DNA of 64,000 bases from NCBI RefSeq assembly GCF_009914755.1, contig NC_060933.1; one strand, written 5' to 3'. This document shows, in pieces, positions 52,181 to 64,000 of the stretch. The stretch's first letter is position 1, and each line of letters opens with the position of its first letter. The notes under the pieces were generated by a model, which saw only the letters and a program-made list of their open reading frames with translations, made no database searches and was not told the origin of the DNA. Both the position numbers and the translations under genes were made by a program. This stretch comes from the human T2T-CHM13v2.0 reference genome, Homo sapiens.

Positions 52181-52967
52181 GGTGGGAGATAAAAGATAAG
52201 AATATTAAAGAGCTAATTTAGAAAGAATGATTTTAGGTAATAGGTATTACAGGTATTTCTAAAATACAAATAAATAAAATTCCTTGAACTGAAGGAGAAA
52301 AGAGTTTCCAGATTGAAATTTTCCAGTAAGTGGCCAGATTACAGAAAGAAAGAGAAAAGAAAAGATACTGAAAAGGCCACAGCATCATACATTTTCATGA
52401 CTTGAAATGAAAGGGTAAATAGAAACGTCTAAACACTTCCAGTTTGGATGGGGAAGACCATCTTTAAAAAGAAAAAATAATCAGGATATATCAATCCTCT
52501 CAAAGACAGTGCAGAATTGTTAGAAGACAAAGTGATGTTTTTAAAAATTTGAGAGACAATATTTCCAACCAGCTGAATCATAAACATATAGTAAACATGA
52601 AAGAATAACTTCAGGTAAGTAAAGGCTTGTAAGTACTACTTCCCATATATTTGCTTAGTAAGCTATTAGGAGATACGCTCCTATAAGGTTGAAGGACTAA
52701 ATATGAAAGTGGGAGTAATAAGATCCGTGAAACACATCTTCCATTTTAGAAAAATCTCATAATGAAGTTTTACAGTTATAATGGAAGGAAGTTCTAGATG
52801 GATCATTTTATATAAGGCTCAGGGAACAAACTTCCAAATGGAGCAAAAGAACAAGGTAAGAGGTCTGGCACGTGGAGTTAAAAAAATAACAACAAAAAAA
52901 AACTATAGATGATGTGAAATGATCATTTAGTGCTTAGTGTATGTGATGGTGTGTTAAAAAATGATAC

Positions 52968-53277
<310 letters not shown>

Positions 53278-54459
53278 CTATAAAATATTGTGAAAGTAAA
53301 GATAGGCAATTACTGACTCCACTAAAATACATGAAAATATTAGAGGAAGAAAAAGCAAATTTCATGTTCTTTTATGTAAATATGACAATATGAACATATA
53401 TATTTTATTTTAAATGAAACCATATTATAATTATGCTTACTTTATGGAAAGATGTTAAATGTGGAGAAAAACATGCCTAAAGTTGATAAGTCAAACAATA
53501 TTACCAGACACATAAACTTTTAGAAGTATGCTGCTAAATACTAGAAAATAATGCCAGCATTGATTTTGAGAAATGAGATTCCTTTTGAGTAGCAGGAATC
53601 AAGAATGTGGTATGGCAAAACTCTTTTTAATTATAAACCATTCTGAGCACTTTTTCAAGCCATGGGTATGTATATATTTTGATTAAGTTATAATAAAAAT
53701 AAAAAAAAATTCCATCAGGGAGATAAATGAGATAATGAATGGAAGAAATCAGCAAAGTTCTTAGCAGACAGTCATCATTCAATGAGTGCTGGTTGTGATA
53801 CAGTAATTGTTGAGTAAATTAGTTTGGAGAAAAAACCTACTATTTAGCATTAAATGTGTATTTTATCTTCAAGTTAAAGTGGTATAGAAAAGGTAAAGCT
53901 TGGCTTGACACAGTAAGCATACCCATTCCTGATATAATTTTTTTCTGATACGCAACATTAGATAGACGTTATCACTTGGGTGTTTCACAAGGGTCAATGA
54001 ACAGCACTTTAAATTATGTCTCCTAGACAAGGCTTTGACTGGAAAAAACAATCAATCTTCCAGGAGTGTTTTTTTCTTATACTCTTGCCTTACATTAACA
54101 AACCAACCAACAAGGAACTCCCATCCCCACATCCACATAACAGTAGCAACATCAATAATGCAGATATCGGTATTAAAATCTTAATAGATGTATGCATATT
54201 TTTAAAACTGTAAAAGACAGAATCAATTTATATGGATGCTCTCTAAATTAGTAAGATTCTGACAGTCTAATTAATAAAAATTCAAAGATAGAATATTTGG
54301 AAGAAGAAATCAGTAACAAGCTTTTTAACTAGCTTCTTCCCAGGACTGAGGTCAGTTGAAAGCCTTTGACATCATTTGCAATCAAGTAATTGGCCTCTTG
54401 TCAACAACGATCAGTGATGGGCTGACCAGGTACTTCAAGCATATCCAGTAAGTCAGAAG

Positions 54460-54561
54460 CTGGGTTGTGCAAAACAACTGACTACAAGCTTTTCAAAGAC
54501 ATTGCTAAAACTGGGTTGTCCAAAACAAGTGACCACAAGCTTTTAAAAGACATTGCTAAAA
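54460..54561. repeat. 51-bp tandem duplication, 4 mismatches
   Basis: 54460-54510 and 54511-54561 aligned by eye. Confidence 0.95.
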
Positions 54562-54609
54562 CCAATCACATGGTTACATTTCAAACATACACTTTATCTG
54601 AAGTCAAAC

Positions 54610-54635
54610 TGATGTAATGTGATCACATTGCATCA
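54610..54635. promoter_or_regulatory. Inverted pair of C/EBP-ATF (CARE/AARE) motifs forming a 26-bp near-palindrome
   Basis: TGATGTAAT-GTGATCAC-ATTGCATCA; motif evidence only. Confidence 0.45.
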
Positions 54636-54789
54636 ACCTGTTTCAATTTAAGGCTGACAGTTCACGTTTTGGAAACAAAATAAATGCATCATTATCAAGT
54701 GGCATTTGCAATGGACCTTATCCAGGGAATTCTGATCAACACCTCTAAAGCATGTTTCTTAATTAAATTCTCTGAGTCAGAATGATAAA

Positions 54790-54990
54790 TATAGTATGTG
54801 CACAAATAATACACACTATACATATATGTAAACGTTATATATGTATTTTACATGTGTGTTTTGTTATATATTATATATGTAATTTATACATACACATGTG
54901 TTTATATGTATCTCATGTACATACATGCCATCTCTGGCTCTCTCATACAAGTGTACATATCTTATAAATATCTCATATATATGAGAAAAA
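54790..54990. repeat. TA/CA/TG low-complexity tract
   Basis: Read directly. Confidence 0.8.
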
Positions 54991-55394
54991 CAGAGAGGGA
55001 GCAACATTAATCCCACATATTGTTAGCAATGTAGAAGTATTAACTGAACTCCAACCAATATTTCTGGATATGAAATAGTAGGATATTGTGATAGGCTTCA
55101 TATTAATGCCAGGAAAGAACACTAAAATGTGTGGTCTGGTAATCAGACCTCAAGATGAATGAGATTAGAATCCTGCCCTAAATACCAGAAAGTTTTATTT
55201 ATCTCTCAGATTCAGGTACAATTACCTTCACCAAATTCAGCTGCATCATTACTTTTCTGATTTCAGTTTTCTTACGAAAATAGTATTATAATATAATACC
55301 AACTGATCTCACAATATTGTCTTGGGATTAAAACAAGATAATGGTACAAAATACTATACACATTTGAAGTAGTAGAACAGCTATATAAAAATAG

Positions 55395-55905
55395 CTGTAT
55401 AAGAAATTCAAATTTCAAACCAAAATGAGAGTATACTGGCTCATGTAATTGGGAAATACAAAGATAGAATGACCTCAGGGAGCTCTAGACACTTAAAAAT
55501 TATCCAGAACTTGTTTATTCTTTATCACAATTACCTGCTTCACCTTATGGTTTGACTTCATTTTCTTATATCATGAAGAGGCTTTCCATGCAATGGCTAG
55601 AGTGGTGGGTCAAGCAGCACATAGCTCCTGGCTTGTTAAGTGACTTTTGTCATCTAGAGGAAAGAAAGAGCTTCTATTAGTATCTGCTTATAAATTTCCA
55701 GGGAAGGACTCTTATTGGACCACGTTGGATCACACACCAATATATGAGCCAATGATTGTAGCCAAGAGGAGGGGTTTACAATTAGCCAGTGGCCACAAGA
55801 ATGCCAGGAACACCATTAAATGGTGGATCCTTAGCTCTTCAAAATAAAGGTGTGCTCTTACAAGGTGAAAAGAGAAAAAAAATACTGGAGGAAAAATATC
55901 AGATG
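55395..55905 (-). mobile_element. MLT1K/J-like LTR
   Basis: ctggctcatgtaattgggaa...ccagggaaggactcttattggacc...gagccaatgattgtagccaag. Confidence 0.7.
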
Positions 55906-56599
55906 CCCAACATCATGCCCTCTATCTCTCTCTGCTTCTAATGTTCCCCATGCATCCGTCTATCCCAGCCCTCAACACATTAGAATGGAATTGTTTCTTT
56001 ATGGTTCACATTGCAGACATGTGTCTGGTTTAGCTTTGTAACCCCAGCACATATCACAGGAGCCAGCATAGATTAGTTGGTCAAGAAATACAGACGGAAG
56101 GAATTAGTTAAATAATTCTTCTGGGAAAACTTCAGAGGACTCTGCCACCCCAGTTCTTGAATGTTACATGGAGAATCAACCCCTGCATGCTTATACTCCT
56201 ACATCCTCCTGAGCTCAAATATGCTCCCTGAGAACGCTTCTTTATCTAATTTATTAAATATTCACTTGACACTGATTAGGAGTAAAGCCCTATGCAAAGT
56301 TCTCCAGATGATTCAGAGTAGGGAATTCCGGATGACTTCTTGGTTTTCTAAATGGTAAATGGGAAGCTCTACCCTCAAGAAGCTTACAGCCAGATTGCCA
56401 AGTCATGGCATCTGACCTATAATGGGTAATTCTCAAAACTGTGTGACAAATCCTGAAATAATCCACTCATATGATATATGACATTGAGGCTCAGAGATAA
56501 GATAAGTGAAGACCAACTGGAAACAATAGAAAAGCTAAATAACCAGAAGAGTAAAAACAAGGTTCTGGCAGAGGCAAGCAGAAAGGAAGAATTACATCT

Positions 56600-56815
56600 G
56601 GGAGTCTACTCTGATCCAGGCACTATGCCCAGCATCTTATAACCACTATTTTAGGAGACCTTCCAAGCCCCAGGAGAGGGGCATTTCTGTCTCTTCTTGG
56701 CAAGGAAGAAAACTGAGACTCAGAGAGGTTAAGTAAATCAGTGAGACAATGTTAAGAATACAAGGGTTATAACCATAGATTGATGTTTTCAATGCTCTTG
56801 TGCTTTCCTTCACGG
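56600..56815 (-). mobile_element. MIR
   Basis: gaaaactgagactcagagaggttaagtaa. Confidence 0.75.
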
Positions 56816-57189
56816 TGTGATTAATTATACATACAACACATGAGTCAGTGTAAAAACTATGTAAAGATGACCAATCAGGAGATGTAATAGACAAATAATT
56901 TACAGCTACTTGGATACAGATAATTATGAAAATATTAACAGGTAATGGGAATTGATCATAAGTGATAGATTATAAAGATGAATGGGAAATGAAGACACAT
57001 AAATATATAATTGAGTTAGGTTGATAGATACATTCATATATATCCATACAGGGACACCATCACCCTACCTTGTGAAAAGTCAATTTGGCCAGATATAATG
57101 TGCTCTGGTGCGGAGATAATCGCGCAATTATAAGGAAGCCGTGATCTGCTCCTACTTCTCCCACTGTCTCTGTGGTCCTGTGTCCTTGT

Positions 57190-58410
57190 CTTTTCTCATC
57201 CTCAGTTTCATCATCTGTAAAACGAGAATAATAAACAGAGCCCAGCCTACTATCACAGGATAGCTCTGAGAATTCTAGAAAGTAATTGTTGGGGAAGCAC
57301 CTTGGAAATTATAGCATGCTCTGTTGCCTCTGTGGGTTTGACCTGGGTGGTTTTGCAACTTCTTTTGAAAAGAAAGCCAGCCCCATATTTAGGTCAGGAA
57401 ACGGGTTCTTTTTGAGATGATGCCTGAGCTTGGCTGCTGCCTGCCCGCCACTTAAAGCATATTTTAACAGGTTCCACATCGCCTCTACCTTGCAGCTTAG
57501 CTCATATCATCAAAAACCACGTTGGTGCCCTCCATGTCAGTAAATGGTTGTTCCTCTGTTGTATCTTTTGCCCCATCTCCAAAGCTGAGCTTGGTAACAG
57601 ACCCTTTTTTGATGCCAGATGATCTGAAGGCAGGATAAAAAGAATGTTTTCCCACTCAAGATCAATATGCCTTTAACCTTCCTTCCCTCTATCCTTGGGG
57701 AAACATCTCACCTCACCTCACTGGCAGCTTCTGCCCTCCCACACTCCTGTCTTTCATTCTCCCTCCCTTCGCTTCCCCACTTCCACCACTGCCCGGTTAG
57801 AATTCAGCAAGTCTTCCACTTGGAGCTCTTGTGTTAATATCCATCATAACAGGTTCTGCTGAATAGCTTTTCCATACATAGAGTCCCCTATTACTATAGA
57901 CCAAAGAAACTCAGGAGTTACTCTTAGAGCCAGGGAGACAGGTTTGAATCTTGCTGTTATTACAAGCAGCATGATCTTAGAGAACTGACTTCACTTCTCT
58001 GAATCTTGGTTCTCTTTTCTGCAAATTGTGGGCAACAATACCTGCCCTGCTCATCCTCTGCAAGCACGAAATATTTACCACAGAAGGGCCCTACAGATTA
58101 AATCCTAGTTTTAAAATGTTGGTGGCACGCAGTTAATTTTATTTTTTAATTTTTAAAAGCACGTGTAACTTGTAAATGCTAAAAATTACTTTAAGGTTTC
58201 AAAATGTGATGCTAATAATTTAATCTTAAGGATAACACCACATGGTATGCATTATAAATATCCCTATATTACAGACAAAGAACCTGAAGTCAAAAATGTA
58301 AGCAACCATGCCCTAAATTACATATTTAGTAAGTGGTGGCTCCAGGATTTTAACCAAACACTTGGATTCCAGAGACTGTGAGTTTAACCGCTATGCTATG
58401 CTGCCTAAGC
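57190..58410. mobile_element. Three MIR remnants (+ ~57190-57310; + ~57920-58050; - ~58200-58410)
   Basis: cctcagtttcatcatctgtaaaa; gagccagggagacaggtttgaatc; tagtaagtggtggctccaggattttaacc. Confidence 0.7.
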
Positions 58411-58875
58411 AAACCAGTGATCCATTCCTAGGACAGTAGATGGGTTTGATGTTTTAGATGTACACTATGGAGTACCTAAAAGCAACATACAAGGATAGGA
58501 TAGGTAATACTACGGTAATAAATGAACACTAACATATTTAATTTTCACTGATGCAGAGTCTAGTGAGTGTCTAGACAAACATTCTGGGTCAACAATCACT
58601 TCATTTGATGACTCTGGAAATGAGAACTAGGTATTGGTGAATAATACTAACATATACCACTCCTACCTATTAGTTAGAGATAACCTACTAAATTAATACA
58701 TTATGACTGTATAATGTACTATTAAAAATATGACATTGTATGAAGAAACAATATGATATAAAAGTTAATTTCATTTAAAGTTAAAATATGTGAAATACCT
58801 ATACATGTTTTGTAAAGACCTACACTAAGAAAAAATCTATACTGAACATATTAAAATGAATATATACCCATTTTA

Positions 58876-58946
58876 TATCTATCATCTATCTTCTACCTAT
58901 GTATGTATGTATCTATGTATTTATCTATCTATCTACCTATCTATCT
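58876..58946. repeat. (TCTA)n/(TGTA)n compound repeat
   Basis: Read directly. Confidence 0.9.
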
Positions 58947-59396
58947 CAGAATGGCTAGTGGGGAAGGGAATGGAAGTGGTGAATAGGTATATAGGAAATA
59001 TATACATTTAAAAAAAATCAAATGAGGAAACTTGAAGAGAGAGCTTTCATGGATCAATGGGACAGTAAGCCATGAACTGAGAATTATGATTAATTCAATC
59101 TTCTAAAGCAGAAGTTGGCAAAATGTATCCTGCCTGCCAAATCTGGCCTGCTGTTTTTATATATAAAGTTTTTGTTTAAAGTTTCTTGCAGTTTTTATTC
59201 TAATACATTTTTTTCCCTTTGGATAAAATTTAATTGTCATTGGAAAATATCAAGCCAGCATTTCTTAACAAATAAGTATGGATTTTATAATTAAACTCAA
59301 TAAAACTTGATGAAATATAAACAGTGGAGAGCTAAAATCTAACTAAAATTATTATAAGAAACAATGCCGAATTTATTTTGGGTAGAGTACAACACA

Positions 59397-62300
59397 TTTT
59401 GTTTTGTTTTTAATAATTTCTACTTTTATTTTAGATATAGGAGGTACACATGCAGGTTTGTTACATGGATTTATTACATGATGCTGAGGTTTGGAGTATC
59501 AGTGAGCCTGTCACCCAGGTAGTAAGCATAGTACCCAATAGGTAGTTTTTTAGCCACTGCCCTCCTCCCACTCTTTCTTCTATGATAGTCACCAGTGCCT
59601 ATTATTCCCATCTGTATGCCCATGTGTACCCAATGTTTAGCTCCCACTTGCACAAGAGAACATATGGTATTTGATTTTCTGTTCCTCTGTTAATTCATTT
59701 AGGATAATGGCCTCCAGCTCTGTCTATGTGCTGCAAAAACCATGATTTTATTCTATTTTATTTTATGGTTGCAGAGTATTCCATGGTATCTATGCACCGC
59801 ATTTTATTTATTCAATCCACTGTTGATGGGAACCCAGGTTGAGTCCATGTCTTTGCTATTGTGAATAGTGGTGTGATGAACATACACATGAACATACATG
59901 TGTATTTTTGGTAGAATTTATTTTCCTTTGGGTACCTGTCCAATAATATGATTGCTAGTTGAATGGTAGTTCTAAGTTCTGTGCAAAATCTCCAAACTAC
60001 TTTCTACAGTGGTTGAACTAATTCCCTACCAACAGTATGTAAACATTCTCTCTTCTCCAGGGCCTTGCCAGCATCTGTTATTTTTTGACTTTTTAGTAAT
60101 AGCCATTCTGACTGGTGTGAAAGGGTATCTCATTGTGGTTTTGATTTGCATTTCTATAATAATTAGTGATGCGGAATATTTTTTCATGTTTGTTGGCTGC
60201 ATGTGTGTTTTCTTTGGAGAAGTGTCTAGTCATGTCCTTTGCCCACTTTTTAATGGAGTTATTTGTATTTTGGTTGTTGAGTTGCTGAAGTTCCTTATTG
60301 ATCCTTGATATTAAACCTTTGTCAGATGCATAGTTTGCTAATATTTTCTCCCATTGTGGAGGCTGTCTGTTTACTCTGTTGATGGCTGATTTTGCTGTGC
60401 AAAAGCTCTTTAGTTTAATTAGGTCCCCTTTGCCAATTTTTGTTATTTTTGCAATCACTTTTGAGGACTTAGCCATAAATTATTTGCCAAGGCCTGTGTC
60501 GAAAAGGGTATTTTCTAAGTTTTCTTCTAAGGATTTTATAGTTTAAGGTCTCACATTTAAATATTTAATCCATCTGGAGTTAATTTTTGTATACGATGAA
60601 ATGTAGGGATCTGGTTTCATCCTTCTACATAAGGCTAACCAGTGATCCCAGCACCATTTATTGAATAGGGAGTCCTTTTCTATTGTTTATTTTTGTTGAC
60701 TTTGTTGAAGATCAAATGACTGTAGGTGTGCAGCTTTATTTCTGGGTTCTCTAACCTGTTGCATTGGTCTAGGTGTCTGTTTTTGTAACAGCACCATGCT
60801 GTAGCCTTGTAGTATGGTTGGAAGTCAAGTAGTGTGATGCCTCCAGCTTTGTTTTTTTGCTTAGAGTTGTTTTTCTCTATTTGTGCTTCTCTTTTGGATC
60901 CATATGAATTTTAATTTTTTTTCTAATTATGTGAAAAATGACATTGGTAATTTGATAGGGATAACATTGAATCTGTAGATTTCTTTGGGCAGTATGGCCA
61001 TTTTAATGATATTGATTCTTTCAATCCATGAGCATAGTGTGTCTTTCCATTTTTTTTGTGCTATCTATAATTTATTTCATCAGAGTTTTGTTATTCTTCT
61101 TGTAGAGATCTTTTACCTCCTTGGTTAAATGTATTCCTAGTCATTTTATTTTCTTTGTGGCTATTGTAAATGGGGTTGCATTCTTGATTTGGCTTTCAGC
61201 TTGAATGTTATTGGTGTATAGAAATGCTACTAATTTTCATATATTGATTTTGTATCCTAGATCTTTACTAAAAGCATTTTTTAGTTCTAGAAGCCTTTTG
61301 ATGGAGTTTCTTGGGGTTTCTGGGTATAAAATCCTATCATCAGTGAAGACAGATAATTTGACATTTTCTTTTCTTATTTGGATTGTTGAATCCAAATAAT
61401 CTATTCTATTCTATTCTATTCCATTCTATTCTATTCTATTCTAATAGGAGTGTTGAAAGTGGATATACTTGTTATGTTCTTGTGCTTAAGGAGAATGCTT
61501 CCAGTTTTTGCCCATTCAATATGATGTTGACTGTGGGCTTATCATGGATGGCTCTTATTATTTTCAGTATGTTCCTTCTATGCCCAGATTTTTTTAGGGG
61601 TTTTATCATGAATGGATATTGAATTTTATCAGAAACTTTTTCTGTGTCTGCTGAAATAATCATATAGTTTTTTGCTTTTAATTCTGCTTATGTGATAAAT
61701 CACATTTATTGATTTGCCTATGTTGAACTATCCAAGAAGAAAGCCTCCTTGATTGTGATGAATTAACATTTTGATGAACTGTTGTATTTGGTTTGCTAGT
61801 ATGTTGTTGAGGATTTTTGCACCTCTGTTCATCAGGGATATTTGTTTGTACTTTTCCTTTGTTGTATCTTTGTCAGGTTTTGGTATCAGGGTAATTCTGG
61901 CTTCATAGAATGAGTTAGGGAGGCATCCCTCCTCCTCAATTTTTTGGAATAGTTTCAGATGAATTGGAACCAGCTCTTCTTTGTATGTCTAGTATAATTT
62001 GGCTGTGAATCCATCTGGTCAAGGGCTTTTATGGTTGGTAGGTCTTTTATTACTGATTCAATTTTAGAACTGAAAACTCAACATTGGTTCTGTTTAGCAT
62101 TTCAATTTCCTCCTGATTGAATCTTAGGATATTGTGTGTTTCTAGCAATTTATCCATTTCTTCTAGATTTTCTGGTTTTGTGCATAGAGGTGTTGATAAT
62201 TGTCTCTGAAGATCTTTTGTATTTCTGTGGAATCACTTGTAATGTCAACTTTGTCATTTTTGATTGTGCATATTTGGATTTTCTCTCTTTTTTATTAATT

Positions 62301-62532
62301 TAATTAGCGGTCTATTGATCTTGTTTATCCTTTCAAAAACAACTTTTGTTTTTGTTGATCCTTTGTACAAATATTTGAGTCTCAATTTCATTCAGTTCTC
62401 CTCTGATTTTAGTTATTTCTTTTCTTCTGCTAGCTGTGGGGTTAGTTTATTCTTGTTTTCCAGTTCCTCTATGTGTGATATTAGATTATTAATTTGAGAT
62501 CTATCTTCTTGATGTAGGTTTTAGCACTTATT
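59397..62532 (-). mobile_element. 5'-truncated L1PA15/16-like element, ~3.1 kb
   Basis: 3'UTR gatgctgaggtttggagta...gcatagtacccaataggtag; ORF2 peptides [12 protein letters not shown]...YASDKGLIS and IISADTEK...[17 protein letters not shown]. Confidence 0.95.
61401..61443. repeat. (CTATT)n pentamer repeat inside L1
   Basis: Read directly. Confidence 0.95.
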
Positions 62533-62737
62533 TTGATACATAAAATTTTATTGGAACACAGTTACTTTTATTTGTTTACATCTTGTCTATGGCTGCTTTT
62601 GTGATGCAATGGCAGAGTTGAGTAGTTACAAAAAGGATACTCTGCCAGGAAAAGCCAAAAATATTTGCTATTTATCTCTTTACAGAAAAAAATCTTTACA
62701 CCTTGGAGAACAAAAATAGAGACTATACCTTACTCCA

Positions 62738-63254
62738 TGTATCAGTCAGTGTTCAGTCAAGAAAACAGAAACCATTTGATGTATTCCATGTAACAAGTAC
62801 TAAATAGGAAATTAATGGCTTACCCAACCACTGGAAGCTGAGGGAGCAAGGATCAGAAAGTTGTCATTGCAGACCTCATCCTGAAACACAGAAGTGGGTT
62901 GTTCTCAGGCATTATCCAGAACACAACTTGAATTCAAAAGAATCTCTGGGAAGCTCCTGCCATCCATATCAGTCCATTGTACTGAGTATATGTGTTTTTT
63001 AAAAGCTTCCTGGCAAGCCATTGCAAATTTCATGACTTTCTAATGTAAATGACTAGAAATATCTCAGTTGATAATGGATTCTTACTCTCTTCTGCTTTCC
63101 AGATCTAATGTCTCTCACTATCAAGTTCTAACCTAGAACTACTACACACTGCGCAAAAAGGTCCTTGAGAATGTAATTTGTCTGCCTTTCCACAATGTCA
63201 TGGAGATTTACAAGGATGTGGTAGTGATGTGAGTTGACAACAGTCAATTGGACA
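62738..63254 (-). mobile_element. ERVL-class LTR
   Basis: tgtatcagtcagtgttcagtcaagaaaacagaaacca terminus; tctaacctagaac...tgagaatgtaatt. Confidence 0.65.
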
Positions 63255-63539
63255 TTACCCTTTTATTCCTACTGCCCTGAATACTGTAGGAAGCAATAAA
63301 AATTTGTTCACATTAATGATGCTCTGTCCTAGAATCCTTTACCTGAGGTTTATGGATGTCTAGGAGGGAAATGTTTGGTCTTTAGAGAAGTCTAAATAGA
63401 TTCTGAATTTCTCATCTCATGCCCATAAGTAAAAGTGTATGAGTACACATATGTGTGTGTCTATGCTTCCAGAAAACATATCCATAATTTTGTCTATTGA
63501 AATGTTCCAGATGCCCCAGATAGATTAAGATTTACCTTA

Positions 63540-63680
63540 TCACTATGTCTGTTGGAGTCTGGGCCCCTTAAATACAAAGGGCTTCGTCTGTTTCATACAG
63601 CTGAGAGCTATGCATGATATCTGACACAGAGTAAACTTTCAAGAAACATTATAAAATAAGTGATCAAAATAATAAACATA
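63540..63680 (+). mobile_element. L2 3' remnant
   Basis: tatctgacacagagtaaactttcaagaaacatt. Confidence 0.45.
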
Positions 63681-64000
63681 TATTCATCATCATTTATCTA
63701 AAACTCCAGCTGCCCACAGTTAATAACATATTCAAGTCTTACATAAATCCCTTCCCAATGTGTTCTAGCCAAATCTATCTCAGCACCAGGTACTGAAAGA
63801 GATTAGACCATTGTTCAGATAACACAGGTAATGCTTTCATTCCTGATAAAAGACAAGAGCCAGAGGCAGGAAGAACAAACCAGGAAGACAGGCTCTGGCC
63901 CCTGTCCTTGCCCTCAACATTATATCTGCAGAGCTTCATGCCCTCTGACTTCCCTCTCTCTGTCTCATGGATGCCTCTGCTTCCTCAATGCCTGGCAGTC

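Larger units (their letters stand above)
59109..62705 (+). mobile_element. MER58A split into 59109-59172 and ~62536-62705
   Basis: cagaagttggcaaa...ccaaatctggcctgctgttttta | taaaattttattggaacacag...ctttacagaaaaa. Confidence 0.85.

Noticed and set aside
54460-54561. Direct repeats as a CRISPR-like array
   Set aside because: Two adjacent copies, no spacers, eukaryotic context
54971-54986. 16-bp palindrome TCTCATATATATGAGA
   Set aside because: Core is an (AT)n run in a low-complexity tract, so self-complementarity is largely trivial
57383-57393. CArG-like CCATATTTAGG
   Set aside because: Seven A/T bases rather than six, so not a canonical SRF site

Overview
Primate (simian; human-like) non-coding genomic DNA, either intergenic or deep in a large intron. 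I find no recognisable protein-coding gene, RNA gene, CpG island or CRISPR array, and I cannot name the locus. The long ORFs come from Alu, L1 or L3 remnants and from a pyrimidine tract. Much of the window is layered transposon debris: five Alus, L1PA/L1M fragments, a probable HAL1, many MIR, L2 and L3 pieces, MaLR/ERVL solo LTRs and hAT MER elements. Several of these are nested, and some keep readable target-site duplications (TSDs). Subfamily names come from remembered consensus sequences, and boundaries of old elements are approximate. I cannot support a new biological system here. The best leads are: (1) an old L1PA16-like insertion that splits a MER58A and appears to carry a ~220-bp 3' transduction; (2) a 26-bp palindrome made of two inverted ATF4/C-EBP response elements; (3) a symmetric, open 180-nt exon candidate; (4) repeat-free islands dense in TALE/HOX, POU, AP-1 and CTCF motifs that may form an enhancer archipelago; (5) small template-switch and duplication scars.
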